Shown here: piece by piece, positions 1 to 20,195 of the stretch | Layout of the letters: each line of letters opens with the position of its first letter | How positions within the stretch are numbered: position 1 is the first letter of the stretch | From: Salpingoeca rosetta | Lineage: Eukaryota > Protista > Choanoflagellata | Assembly (NCBI GenBank): GCA_033442325.1 | Contig: JAWQFM010000010.1 | Span: 230,930-294,929 of the forward strand | DNA: 64,000 nt | Direction: 5' to 3' | Position numbers and translations under genes: made by a program | The notes under the pieces: generated by a model | The model's input: only the letters and a program-made list of their open reading frames with translations | Databases searched by the model: none | Told to the model about the DNA's origin: nothing

Positions 1-2
1 AC

Positions 3-76
<74 letters not shown>

Positions 77-127
77 ATCCACGACACACCACCCAACACA
101 GCCACAACCACGGCATGAACGCATTAC

Positions 128-7047
<6,920 letters not shown>

Positions 7048-7193
7048 CGTCACAGGCAGCGAGGTGAGGTGGGTGTGTTGAGGTGGGTTGGTGGGTGTGA
7101 GCTGTTGTTGTTGTTGTCCAGCACTCTGTCTCCTCCCACAAAACGCCTCCGAAAATAGGAGAAGATTTCCTCACTTTTTCCACAAACAAGTTT

Positions 7194-7205
7194 GCTGACG
7201 TCAGC
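7194..7205. promoter_or_regulatory. CRE-like palindrome GCTGACGTCAGC in the anoctamin/KIF16B divergent promoter
   Basis: Perfect 12-bp palindrome containing TGACGTCA, within the ~415 bp between two head-to-head ATGs. Confidence 0.35.
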
Positions 7206-7463
7206 GGTTTTTGGTGCGCTTGTGTATTTTTCTTTTTCCTTCTCGCCCACACAGCACAGCAGCTTGTTGCCCTTTTTGTTTGTGTGTGCAGCGCAGCAGG
7301 AGGAGACAGACAGAGAGGACACGCAAGGCAAAAGCGAGCGAGCGAGCGAGTCAAAAGAAGCACGAGTGTTGTTTGGTGTGGTGGTGTGTTGTGTTGTTTG
7401 GTTTGGCCTCGCTGTCTGGCTGCCTTGTGGTGTTGATTTGTGTTGTCACCATCAGCAACAACC

Positions 7464-7545
7464 ATGAGCAACGCTGGTGCTGTGCGCGTCGCCGTGCGCG
7501 TTCGTCCCATGAACGACCGGTACGTAGTGTGGCTTCTTTGTGGTT

Positions 7546-7588
<43 letters not shown>

Positions 7589-8172
7589 GTTTGCGAACAG
7601 CCCAGCCTTGTACCACGTCATGTCATGTCACAACGCATCCTGCTCCCTCACGCACGCACACACACGCACACACACGCACACACACACGCACACAAACACA
7701 CACACACACACACACGTCTTTGCAATTCACTTTGATGCAGTGAGAAGAAGAAGAAGGCAGAATGTATCGTGGAAATGAAAGGAACCCAAACCCTGCTCCA
7801 CAACAAGGTGCGCACCATCTACTGGCTGCGTTGCAGCGACGCCTTGCTGCCAAGGCTTGAGCTCCATCCGCCCTCTTGCTCATCCTCCAGCAACCCCCTG
7901 TGCACTCACACACGCCACTCACTCACACACACACACGCACACACACACACACACACACACATACACATTGTCGCCCTTCTGCTGGAGCAGGACAGTCCTG
8001 GTGGCGATGATGTGAAGCGGTTCACCTTTGATCACAGCTACTGGTCCTACAACAAGTCTGACGCCCACTACACGCCGCAGGAGCAGGTTTGCAGCAAATC
8101 CATATGTGAATGCCAGCTGTGTGAATGTTGCTATGTGTGCACATGTTTCTCCTTGTGTGCATATTTCTCCGG

Positions 8173-8236
<64 letters not shown>

Positions 8237-9483
8237 ATCCAAGGCACGCCGTTGCCGCCTAACGCTGCGGAGCCCCTTTCAGCAGCAAAGCATCTCCACG
8301 CACAAATGCTGGACGGGCATGGACCGCACGACCTGCTTTTCCCCCATACACCTGCTCATGACCGTGGCCTTCCCTCTTTGGCTGTTTGCGACACGTGACC
8401 CGCAGGTGTTCAAGGACCTGGGCACAGACGTCCTGGATGCAGCGTTTGAGGGCTACAACGCATGTGTGTTTGCGTATGGCCAGACCGGTGCCGGAAAGTC
8501 CTACACCATGATGGGATACGGGGTAAGACGCGCGCCATCATTTTGAGCCCATCCACCGCTTGCATTTCTCCCTCGCGTGTGGACGCACACACTTAATAAT
8601 CACTCACCGCTTTCACGCTTGCTCAACCAGCATTCAAACACAGCGGTTCCTTACACGCACACACCCATACCCAACACACACACCCGCCCTCCCATCCCCT
8701 CATACCCCACCCTCATCCACACCACGCCAAATTGCCCACCACCATCGCCACCCCCACCACCACCACCACCAGGAGGAGATTGGGCTGATCCCGCGCATCT
8801 GCGAGGGCATCTTTGAGCGCGTGGTGGCAGAGACGGACGAGACAACAAAGTTTGTCGCCACCGTGAGCTATCTTGAGATCTACAACGAGCGTGTGCGTGA
8901 CCTGCTCACCAATTCTCCCGCCAAAACGCAGCTGAAGGTGCGCGAGCACCCAAAGACGGGCCCCTTTGTCGACGGCCTCTCCGTGCACGAGGTGACGGAC
9001 TTTGAGCAGATTCAGGAGCTGATGGACCTTGGCAATGACAACCGGACAACCGCGGCCACGGGGATGAACGACACGAGCAGCCGCTCCCATGCCGTGTTCA
9101 CGATTGAGTTCAAGCAGGCGTCGTTTGTCGCCGGCATCCCCTCGGAGAAGTCGAGCAAGATCAACCTGGTGGATTTGGCGGGAAGCGAGCGCACGTCCGC
9201 GACAAAGGCCACGGGCCAGCGCCTGGTGGAGGGCGGCAACATCAACAAGTCCCTCACCACGCTTGGGCTGTGCATCTCGGCGCTTGCTGAGCGCTCCAGC
9301 CCGTCAAAGAAGAAGAAGAAGGGCCACTTTATCCCCTACCGTGACTCCGTCCTCACGTGGCTGCTGAAGGAGTCCCTGGGTGGAAACTCCAAGACCATCA
9401 TGGTTGCAGCCATCAGCCCGGCAAACATCAACTACGGCGAAACCCTCAGCACCCTCCACTACGGTACTGCGTCGTCGTCGTCG

Positions 9484-9575
<92 letters not shown>

Positions 9576-10185
9576 GGGTGTGTGAACATTTGTGTGCAAA
9601 CGTTTGCTTGTGCTTTTCTTTTCGGCCTCCGTGTGAAAAGCAAACCCTTCAAAGAATCCCTGCATTCACGTCCGCGTCACCAACTCCCTCCCTCCCCCCT
9701 CCAACCAAACTACAGCCAACCGGGCAAAGAACATTGTCAACAAACCGATTGTGAACGAGGACGAGAATGTCCGGCTGATCCGCGAACTCCGCGCCGAAGT
9801 CGACAGGTGCCCCGATATCCACCATGTTCTCATGCTTTCGTGCGCCTTCCGTGGTTTGTGTGAGGGGGCGGGCTTTGTGTGTGCTGTGCTGATGACTTCA
9901 CTGCCACCCGCACATCAGCACCACCATAACCGTCATCATCACCCTCGTCATTCCACCTTCGTCGTCATGATGTTCAGGCTGAAGAAGCTGATTGGCGGGG
10001 ACGAGGAGATTGCGCGGCTTGAGCGAGAGCGGCGGGAGGCAGAGGCGCGCTTGACGGCCGCCACCACCGACGACGAGAAGCACGCCGCGCAACAGGCCCT
10101 CTCCCAGATTGACCAGGCCCTCACGGACGCACAGAGCGCTGACAAGGTATGTGTTTGTGTGTGTGTGGGGGAGGGGGTTGCCTCG

Positions 10186-10250
<65 letters not shown>

Positions 10251-12083
10251 TGCGTGGGTGTGTGTTTGTGCGTGGGTGTGTGTTTGTGCGTGTGTGCCTG
10301 TGTGTGCCTGTGCCTGTGTCTGTATGTGCGTGGGTGTGCCCCTGAAGGCGCTGTGTGTCGTATTGTGGTCCTTAATGTGTCTCACGCGCACACTTTTGCA
10401 CTGGCACGCGCTTTTGCCGTGCATGCAGTCGAAGCTTGAGCAGCAAATTGCTGCGAGCGAACAGATGATGAACGCCATGGTCAGCGACTGGAAGGTACGT
10501 CCACCATGGATGATCATAATGATGACGAATAAGATCGTCTACTCGCTCACTGTGTTGCTGGTGATGTGCACGAACAACTTGACTTTTGCTTGGTGAACAA
10601 GCTGATGTTTTGCTCGATCATCGCACGCACATCATGACACTCACTCACTCACTCACCCACTCACTCACTCACTCACTCACTCACCAAACACACAACATTC
10701 ATTCACTCACTCCATCGCACTCACACACGGCACGTACTTCATTCGTATCTGCAGGGCAAGTTTGATGCGATGCATCAGATCATGGAGGACCGCGGCCTTG
10801 CCTTCAAGGAGGCTGGCCGTGCGCTCACGGTCGAGTCTGAAATGCCACATTTCGTCAGCCTGAATCTCGATGACCCTCTGGCAACGGGCATTGTGCTGTA
10901 CTACATCCACGATGGCACGACGACGATTGGGCACAAGGGGGCGGATCCCGAGCCCGACATCAGCCTGGACCACTCGGATGTGCTCGATCGCCACTGCACG
11001 GTCGAGTTTACGGCCGACGACGGCGCCGACCGCGTGGTTCTGCACCCGTGCGAGGAGGCCATGGTGCTGGTTGACGGTGTCCCCGTCGACGGCGAGATTG
11101 AGCTGAACCAGGGTGTGACGGTGCAGCTTGGCAACGACACGCTGCTGCGCTTCAACCACCCGGCCCAGGCGGCCCGTCTTCGCGAGCAGCGCGCTGCACA
11201 GCAAGGCAGCGATGGTCGCAGGTGCGTATGTGTGTGCGTATGTGTGTGTGTGTGCGTATGTGTGTGCGTGTGCGTGTGCGTGTGTGCGTGTGTGTGTGTG
11301 TGGGCGTGTGTGTGTGTGTGTGTGGGCTGCTGCGTGCGTGTACGTGTGCGTGTGTTTGATTACTCCAGCTTCCACAGCGTGTCATGTCCCTATCGTCGCA
11401 TTGTCTCATCCATGACCCTACGCTTTCCATACCAATTCCCCAAACAAAAACAAAACACCAATCACACCTTGACCCCACAGGTCATCGAAGACGTGGGTGA
11501 TGCACGGGCGCGTGAAGCAGGAAGAGGAGCGAGCGCGCCAGGCCGAGGAAGAGCTGCGGAAACTTCGCGAGCAGACGCAGCAGGAGGCCGAGCAGCGGCA
11601 GGTGCAGGAAGCGGCAGCAGCGGAGGAACGCGAGAAGGAGGAGGCGAGGAAACGCGAGGCCGAGGAGCGCATGCAGGAGATGCAGCGGCGGATTCAGGAG
11701 CTGGAGGAGGCACGCAACCGCGCATACAGCGAGAAACAGCGCCAAGAACAGCAGCGGTGCGCGTGTGGGTGTGTGTCTGTGGGTGCGGGTGTGTTTGACT
11801 GAATGTGCGTGTCTTAGTGTCAGTATGTGTTTTGTTTGTCTTGTGTGTTTGGTGTGTGTGTGTATGCACAGATCATCTCATGTTTGTGTGTTTGTGCACA
11901 GGCAACATCTTGAGGAAGAGATGAAGACGATTCGGCTGCGGGAATCTGAGGAGCAGGACGAAGCAGCGCGACAGCACGAGGAGAGCCTCAAGCAGGTGCG
12001 GGCACGTTCACACGTGTGTGGGAGGGGTATTAATGTGTGCATGTATTTGTGTTTGTATGTGTGTATGTATATGTGCATGAATA

Positions 12084-12146
<63 letters not shown>

Positions 12147-12696
12147 CTTGTATATCAATAGCACACGCACGCTCACCTCCGCCGCGCCTTACCGCTTGCC
12201 CACTGTCCGTGCAAATTGCTTTGCCAGATTGACGACAGCATTGCGTCGACGATGGAGGATGCAGAAGAAGCGAAAGCGTCGCTGCTTGCAGCCGACCTCG
12301 AGGCAAAGGAGGTGTGGCATGTGTGTTTGTGTGTGTGCATGTGTGTGTGTGTGCTGTTCTTTGACCTCATGCTGCCGTGCGTATTGCTCCTGTGGCCTGC
12401 TCTCACCACTCTCCTCACCCTTCCCCCCCCCCCCCCAAAAAAAAAAAAAAAAACACTCACCGCCGCGTCTGTGTTGTGCACCTGTGGCGTGGTGCCGTGC
12501 ACAGCGCCAGCACGAGGAGGAGGTTCGGCGGCTGGAGGAAGAGAAGCAAGCGATGCAGCGGCAGCTCGAGGAGGCGCGAAAGGCCGAGGAGCGCAGGATG
12601 CAGTCAAAGGGATCCAGCAAACGAAGCTTCAACGAAGTCTGGGACATTAAGGTTCAGGAGGTAAGCCGCACGTACCTGTCTTGCCATTTGTTCGTG

Positions 12697-12758
<62 letters not shown>

Positions 12759-13312
12759 TGCGTCTGTGTCTGTGTCTGTGTGCCGTGTGTCTGCGTCTTG
12801 TGTCTGTGTCTGTGTCCGTATGTGTGTCTGTGTGTGCTGTAGTTTGGCGACTGCACTTTTTTGGCTGTGTATGCCACCCTTTCCTCTCACCTGTGTGTTT
12901 CTCTCGCTCATTCACACCCACACTCGCAGCACAAGCCGCGCGGGGACTTCCACGTGTTTAAGGTGGAGGTGACGCTCCTTGGCGAGCGGTGGTACGTCTG
13001 GCGACGCTTCAAGTACGTTCACAGACACGCCAATGTCCTCGATCCTCCCCCCCCCCCTCATCGCTCCGTTGTCGCTGGTTTCGCAGCTCTCTCATGCTCC
13101 ATCGTATTTGTGCATAGCTTTGCGTATCACCTGGATGTTCGGCCCATGGACTGACTTGTGTTGACTCACGCCACCATATGCATGTGTATGTGTGTGTGTG
13201 TTGCAGCCACTTTAAGGACCTTCATCGCTTGATGAAGAGCAAACTGCGTGGCATCGTCTCATACATCAACTTTCCGCCAGAGCACGTCAGTGAACAAACT
13301 CATCTTCATCTC

Positions 13313-13351
<39 letters not shown>

Positions 13352-13877
13352 CGGCCTGAAATGCACACACTTTATCCTCACCGCCCTCTCTCACACGTGT
13401 GGACCTTGCCCGTGTTGTGCGATGGTCCTGTCTTCTTCAGGTGCTGACGACGCGGCTGCGTAAATCGCGCATCAACAAGGATTTCCTCGACCAGCGCGCA
13501 CACGACCTGCAGGTGCAGCCACGCAGCCATCCCAGCGCACCACACTTTCAATACACACAACACATCGCCTAATCCAATGCACCCCAACCATCCAATTCGA
13601 TCCAACAACATGTGTGCCAACGTGCCTCGCTGCACTCTATGCTTGGGCATCCTTCCTGTTGTTCCTCATCTTCCTCTGCTTCAATTCCTACCCACCCCCT
13701 CACTCAAGTCCCCCCCCCCCTTTCTCTGCCTGCCTGCGTGTCCTTTTGCAACACCGCCAGGAGTACCTGATTGACCTGATTGCGAAGACGTACACGCTGC
13801 CCGGCTCGCCGTTCTTCGAAGTTGACCGCGGCCTTCTCGAGCGAAACGTCGCCTTCTTCCGCAAGGGCGGGCAGTAG
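7464..13877 (+). CDS. KIF16B: Kinesin-3 motor with FHA, coiled coil and C-terminal PX domain (KIF16B-like), multi-exon
   Basis: [78 protein letters not shown]; FHA ([29 protein letters not shown]...LLRFNHP); PX (WYVWRRF...FPPEH...[17 protein letters not shown]...FFRKGGQ*). Confidence 0.93.
9483..9576 (+). repeat. (GTT)n microsatellite inside a KIF16B intron
   Basis: About 31 GTT units directly after the donor at ~9464; source of the poly-L/V/C ORF artefacts. Confidence 0.95.
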
Positions 13878-14647
13878 TCACCCAGCCATCCCACCAACCA
13901 ACACGTGTCAACACGTGTCAACACGTGTCAACAGAGCAACCAGTGGGTGACAACCACCAAACCAATCACCGGTCGACTTGACTGAGACATGGGTCACGGG
14001 GTTTCCCCCTCCCCCTTCCTAAGCTGCTTTGAGTCTGTAGTTGCATGCCTCGTTGTGTTGTGGTTGTAGCGCCCCCAACCCCCTCTTCCAGTCACTGTTG
14101 CTGTAGTTGCTGTGTATATGGGCCGTCTTTGTGTTGCGTGTGCTGTGTTTGTTGTGTGACACCGGTCAGGCTTTCGCTTTCTGTTATCGTCCCTCGTTAG
14201 CTGCCCATTCCTGTGCTGATCCTCCTCTTGGTCGTGTTGTGCTGCTGCTGCTGTCTCGCTGTGTGCATGGGTGTGTGATTCCATCACATTACGTCATGTC
14301 ACGTGTTGATTGATGGCACAATTGGCTCACTCGTCCCTTCCACTGTTTTCTCTCCTAGTCATCTCTTCTGTTGTGTGTGTGTGTGTGTGTGTGTGTGCGT
14401 GCGTGTGTGCGTGCGTGTGTGCGCGTGTGGTTCTCAGTTCGTGTTAGACGTTGCCGTTCAGAATAAGGCCTCGCTAAGCTGCACCCAACGACAATGAGAA
14501 ATTGGGAGTGACAGAGAGACGAAGAGCGTTGCATTCACATCATTTATTAACTGCAAGGTAACAACGAGAACAATGGCAAATCGTAGTAGAAAGGGAGGGG
14601 GGAGCGAATACGTCAACCATTCAGAAGCAGGTCAGAAGTGTGCCACC

Positions 14648-14711
<64 letters not shown>

Positions 14712-14878
14712 AGCAGGAAGCAGGGACAAGCGAAAATATGTAGTGCAGTCAGGAACAAGGAGGGTGAAAAGAGTGATGACATGACAAAGTCAACAACGAC
14801 TTGCTGTTACAAATCATGATGCGGCAACACATCCAGGCCTGCGTGACATTACATTACGAGACATGACATTGATTGGCG

Positions 14879-15763
14879 CTATGCAAAGTCGGCGTACAGG
14901 GCGTGCTGCACCGTCATGCTTCGCTCCTCTTCATCATCGAAGCACTCGAGCTTGGCAAGACCAAGGTCGGGCTGGTAGTAGTACACCTCCTTGCGCGGTG
15001 GGCTCTCTGTGTCGCTGTTGGGGCCACGCTCAACATCAACATCCGTCTGGTGATGTGGATTTGGGAAATGAACGATTGCAAGATGGGGAGTTCAGGTACG
15101 TGAGGTTGACGAAACAAAGGCACACACAGACGGTGGCATTGAAACAGGCGTGCACACGAGGTGGAGGGGAACTTAATGACCACTTACATACATACGCACA
15201 CAAACACTCACACACATACATACACACACATACACACATACACACACACACCTCGCGACGAGGCTTTGGCTTTGGCTTTGGAGAGAAGATGAAGACTGCA
15301 ATAGCCAGGCCAAGCATGCCCACCGCCCACAGGTACCAGAACTCGAGCGTGACAACAACAGCGACGGTGATGACACCGAGCCATATCTGCAGCCCGCCAC
15401 CAAACTTGAGAAAATCCATGAACGTGTCTGCACAAGAGCGAAGACAAAACGAGATACAAGCAAGGATCATGGTGAGACACTGTGTGTCTGTCTGTGTGTG
15501 TCTGTGTGTGTGTCTGTCTGTCTGTCTGTCTGTCTGTCTCACTCCCTCATTCACTCACTGCTCTCACACACGCACACATACACGCATGCACACATCTCCT
15601 CCCTCCTCCTCCTCCCCTCTCCACTGCAGCACTCACATCCGCCCGGGCCGTAGACCATGAGATTGGTCTGGTATCCCGTTGGTGTCATGAAACTTGAGCT
15701 CGCCCCCATCATCAGCAGCAGAAGCAGCGGAAAGAAATCCTCCTGCGCAACGTGTGCAGACAT

Positions 15764-15845
<82 letters not shown>

Positions 15846-18182
15846 CGGTAATGATTGCATTGCATTGACATGCACGAGTGGGGTCAATGAAGACAGTTCA
15901 ACTCACACACACTCCCACACACACACACACACCAAAACGCGCCAACACGCATCGCACACGCTCAACCCAACACGAACCCTTCTCCCCCTCCCCCTTTTTT
16001 TCTTCAGTCGTCTCTCCGCTACCTCGAGATCCATGGCCGCTTGGAACGCGACGGGGAACATGATGGTGATGGCGGCATTGTTGGTGACAACGGCACTCAG
16101 CAGCACGGTGGTGAGATACACCATGATGTACAGCCCCGTTACCCCCGTTGGCTTGGACGCCAACACAACAGCGCGCGCCATGAGCTCGGCCGCGCCGCTG
16201 TTGACAAGGGCGTTGCTCAGCCCAAACGCAGCCGCAATCACCAGCAGCACCTCCAGGTTGATGGCGCTTCGAATCTCAGACGCAGACATGCAGCGGAAGA
16301 GCACGAGCCCAGCGGCCGCAAAGAGCGCGGCCGTGAGGAGGTCGATCACCTCTGCAACGCTGAGCGCAATCATGGCCACGGTGAGAATGACGGCAATCGG
16401 AGCCTTGTTCCACCGCAAATTGCGGTGTCCGTCGACCTCGCTCACGAGCGCAAAGTGGTCCTGGGACTGGTACAGCTTGACAAAGTCCTTGTTGGTGACG
16501 AGCAGCAGGGTGTCGCCCGCCTGCAGCACAATGTCGCCAATCTTCTGGTTGATGCGCACACCGTGGCGGTGCACGGCAATGATGGCGGCCTTGAACCGCG
16601 TGCTGCCCACGCGCGCACGACGATGAGGTGGTCAAGGGAAAGGGGGGGGGAGTGATTACGGGGTGAGGTTGGGACGAAAACGAGGCAGACGTACAATGGT
16701 GTGGTGTGGTGTGGTGTGAGCCAAAAGGGCACGCATATGAACATCTTTTCGCGCACGCGCACACAGCACAGCACAGCACAACACGACACAACACACACGC
16801 ACCGGAAGCGGGCGGCCTTGACGCTGCGGTGCACAAGGGCGGAGTGGGGCGCAACCACGGCCTCAACCAGGATGTCGTCGCCACGAAGCCGATTCAGGTC
16901 AACCTCGTGCTCCTGATGGTCACCAGTGATGGTGATGGTGGTGATGTGGTGATGTGGTGATGTGGTGAGAAACGAGGGCGGTGTCATGACGCCGCGTGAT
17001 AATGCGTAGGCATATGTGCAAGCATGCAAGGAAATACACACACACATACAAACATACATGCACACACAACACACAGACACACACAAAACACAAGAACACG
17101 CACACACACAACAAACACACACGCGCGCGCAAGGGTCCCCTTTTCTGTTTTCTTACGTCGTCCTCGGCGAGGCGCAAGCCGCGGACTTGGGAGAGGCTGA
17201 GCACGGAGTCGACCTTGCCTGCAAAGAAGAGCTTATCGCCACCCTGCAGGATACAATCTGGGCTGGGCGCAGTCACAATCACGCCGTTCTCACGCTCAAT
17301 CTGGATGAGGAAGAGGCCAGGCAGGCTACGCAGGCCGGCCTCAAGCACCGTCTTGCCCTCGAGTGTCGTGTTGGACGCCTCTGACGCCTTCTTCACGAAC
17401 ATGCACGTGATGTACTCCTTCGGGCGCACAATGGCGGTGGTCACAGACTGGCGATCCGGCAGCACGCGCGCGGCGAGCAGCAGGACATACGCAATGCCCG
17501 CAAACAGCACCGGCAGGCCCACCTGCCCAATCTCAAAGATGCCCATGGAGAACCCCTCAACGCGCTCGGAGACAAGGCCGACAACCACGAGATTGGTGGA
17601 TGTGCCGATGAGGGTGCACGTGCCGCCCAAGATGGAGGCGTAGCTGAGCGGGATGAGGAGCTTGGAGGGCGCCACGCCGATGCGCTGGCCCAGCTTCTCA
17701 ATCAGCGGAATCATCATGGCTACAACGGGCGTGTTGTTGAGGAAGGCGGAGAGGGCCGCGATGGGCAGCATGATCCAGGAGAGGACTTTTGGCACGCTGG
17801 CCAGCTCGCCGCGCGCGGGCCGTGTGCGGCGCTCAAGCAGCCGCCGCAGGGGCTCGACGGCGCCCGTCAGCTGCACGCCAGCGGCGACGGGGAACAGCAC
17901 GGCAACCGTGAGCATGCCCGTGTTGGAGAAGCCCTCCACGGCCTCGTTGATGGTGATGATCCCCATGGGGACGAAGAGCACGAGGATGCCCATCATGAGC
18001 ATGTCTGGCGGGGCCAGCTCCTTGGCCATGGCCACGAGCATCACGCCAAGCAAGCACAGCGTGACGATCCCTTGCCACAGCGGCGCGTCGTTGTCGTCAG
18101 CCATGATGTTGTTTGTCATGTTCATCGACGAGCTTGTCGTGGTTAGTGGCGCCGTGCTGATGCTTGCAGTCGTCGACGCCAT
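14879..18182 (-). CDS. SLC13/DASS-like (CitMHS / Na+:sulfate symporter, SLT-type) permease with TrkA-C (RCK_C) domains, 6 exons
   Basis: [47 protein letters not shown], TrkA-C segments ([22 protein letters not shown]; [12 protein letters not shown]...LQAGDTLLL), [33 protein letters not shown]. Final exon 14879-15046 ends ...HALYADFA*. Confidence 0.92.
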
Positions 18183-18794
18183 GATGACCGATGGTGTGTG
18201 TGTGTGTGTGTGTCTGTGTGTATGTGTGTGTGTGTCTGTATGTGTTGTGTGTGTTGGGTTGGGTTAGGGTGAAGCAGCAGTTGTCGTTGCTGTTGTTGTT
18301 GCTGGTGTTGCTGTTGTCGTTGCTGTTGTTGTTGCGGGTTCCCTCTGTGCCGTGCGACAAACGCGACGATGACAGGCCAAAGCGTGGCTCGAAGAGGGCA
18401 ACAGCAATGGGGGGGGAGTGAAGGAGGACACGCACAACACCCGCCCGATAGCAACAGTGCAGCGATGCCGCGAAGTGCGTGTGGGAGCTGGGTGCGTGGT
18501 CGTTGATCTGATGGTGATGGGCGGAGGAATTGAATGTGATGGCTGCTGGCTGGCTGGCTGCACAACGGAAAGGAGGGAGGCATTGCTTCGTGTATGCGGT
18601 TTGTGCTGTCGGGTACAGCAGCATTTTCCGGAACGCTGCGCGTTGCTGTTGTGCGTGCGTTGGCTGGCTGGGTGTGTGATGAACGGCGGAGGTGTGATGT
18701 GATGCGTGCTGTAGAGTTGTTGTTGTTGTAACAGTAACAGTCAAACACGGTGAGTGCTGCTGCGAGTGCATGTCTTGCAAGGTCACCCTGCACA

Positions 18795-20136
18795 ATGGAT
18801 GGCACACCGACGACAGTGGTTGAGAGTTGGCGGGCCAGACTGGACAGTGTGAGGGCCACCCTCGACAACACCGTGCTGGACGTGGTGGACGCGCTGCTGT
18901 GCACGTACATGCCATCCATCGTGCGCGCCTCTGTCACTGCACGCGACGGAGAGGAGGAGCAGGACGGTCGCGTGGCCCGCGTTGCTGCCGCTTCAGCGTT
19001 CCTCAAGAGCAACGACGCACACACAGTGTTGCAGGGTTTGGTATCGCAAAGCCATGGCGCGGGCACCATCGCGTCCGCTCTCAGGACACGCGCCTGGACC
19101 CTGTCCTCACGCCTGTCTGTGGTCGAGAAGGACCTTGCGTCAGCCATCAACCTGGCGCAGCTGGACGTGCATGACTACGCCGAGGCCCTACAAGCACAAC
19201 TGAAGATAGCGCGTATCTGTCAGGACCTGCACGCCATCTTAGAGCCTCTACAGCACGGGCTTTCGTCTGCCGGCACTAGACCAGAGTCATTGCACTCCCA
19301 TGCAGCTCATACACGGGAAAGCCACCCTGGTCTCCAAGCATCATCATCGTCATCGTCATCACCCTCTGCTTCAGACCCGCCGTCACACCTGTCTCGGACA
19401 CCCACGATCGTCACCCTGCATGACCAGGCAAGCGACACCCGCGCCACCGAGATAACACATTCCGATGACAGAGCTTGCATTGAGGAGATTGAAGATGTTC
19501 AGACGAGGCACGCGCTTCACAACGCCACCATCGACAACTACGACCACCATGATGATGATGACAGCATGGACACGACGCTTGACATGGACAGCCATGTCAT
19601 CAGCCGCCAAGCCAGCGCTTCACCCGTGCATGCTGTGCCCGTATCAGCTGCAGCACCACGTTCGTCTTCGCCCATCCTTCGTTCCAACCCATCAAGCACA
19701 CCGTCGTCGTCGGCAGCCTCGTCCTCACTCTCATCATCAGCACTGGTGGCGTCACTGTCACGCATGTTTGGCGCATTGCTGCCCCGTGCACAGAGAATGG
19801 ACCGTGATGCTGGCAACGAGAGCAGTGGTGGCGGTGGCGGTGGCGGTGGTGGTGGAATGGAGCGGGAGCTGCTGCGAGCACTGACAATGTTGAAACACGT
19901 GGATGTCCAAGACTGTGCAGCCATCCTGACATCGCACGGCATTGATACGTTTGGCCATCTTCTCACCCTGTCGCCGCACAAGCTGCGAGAGATTGCCGCT
20001 GCAATCCTCGCATCTGCCCGTCGGGTATGGCGTCCACCTGCACGTGTGTCTGTGTGTGTCTGTGTGTCTGTGTGTCTGTGTGTGTCTGTGTGTGTCTGTG
20101 TGTCTGTGTATCTGTGTGTGTGCTGAATTGTACATT

Positions 20137-20195
<59 letters not shown>

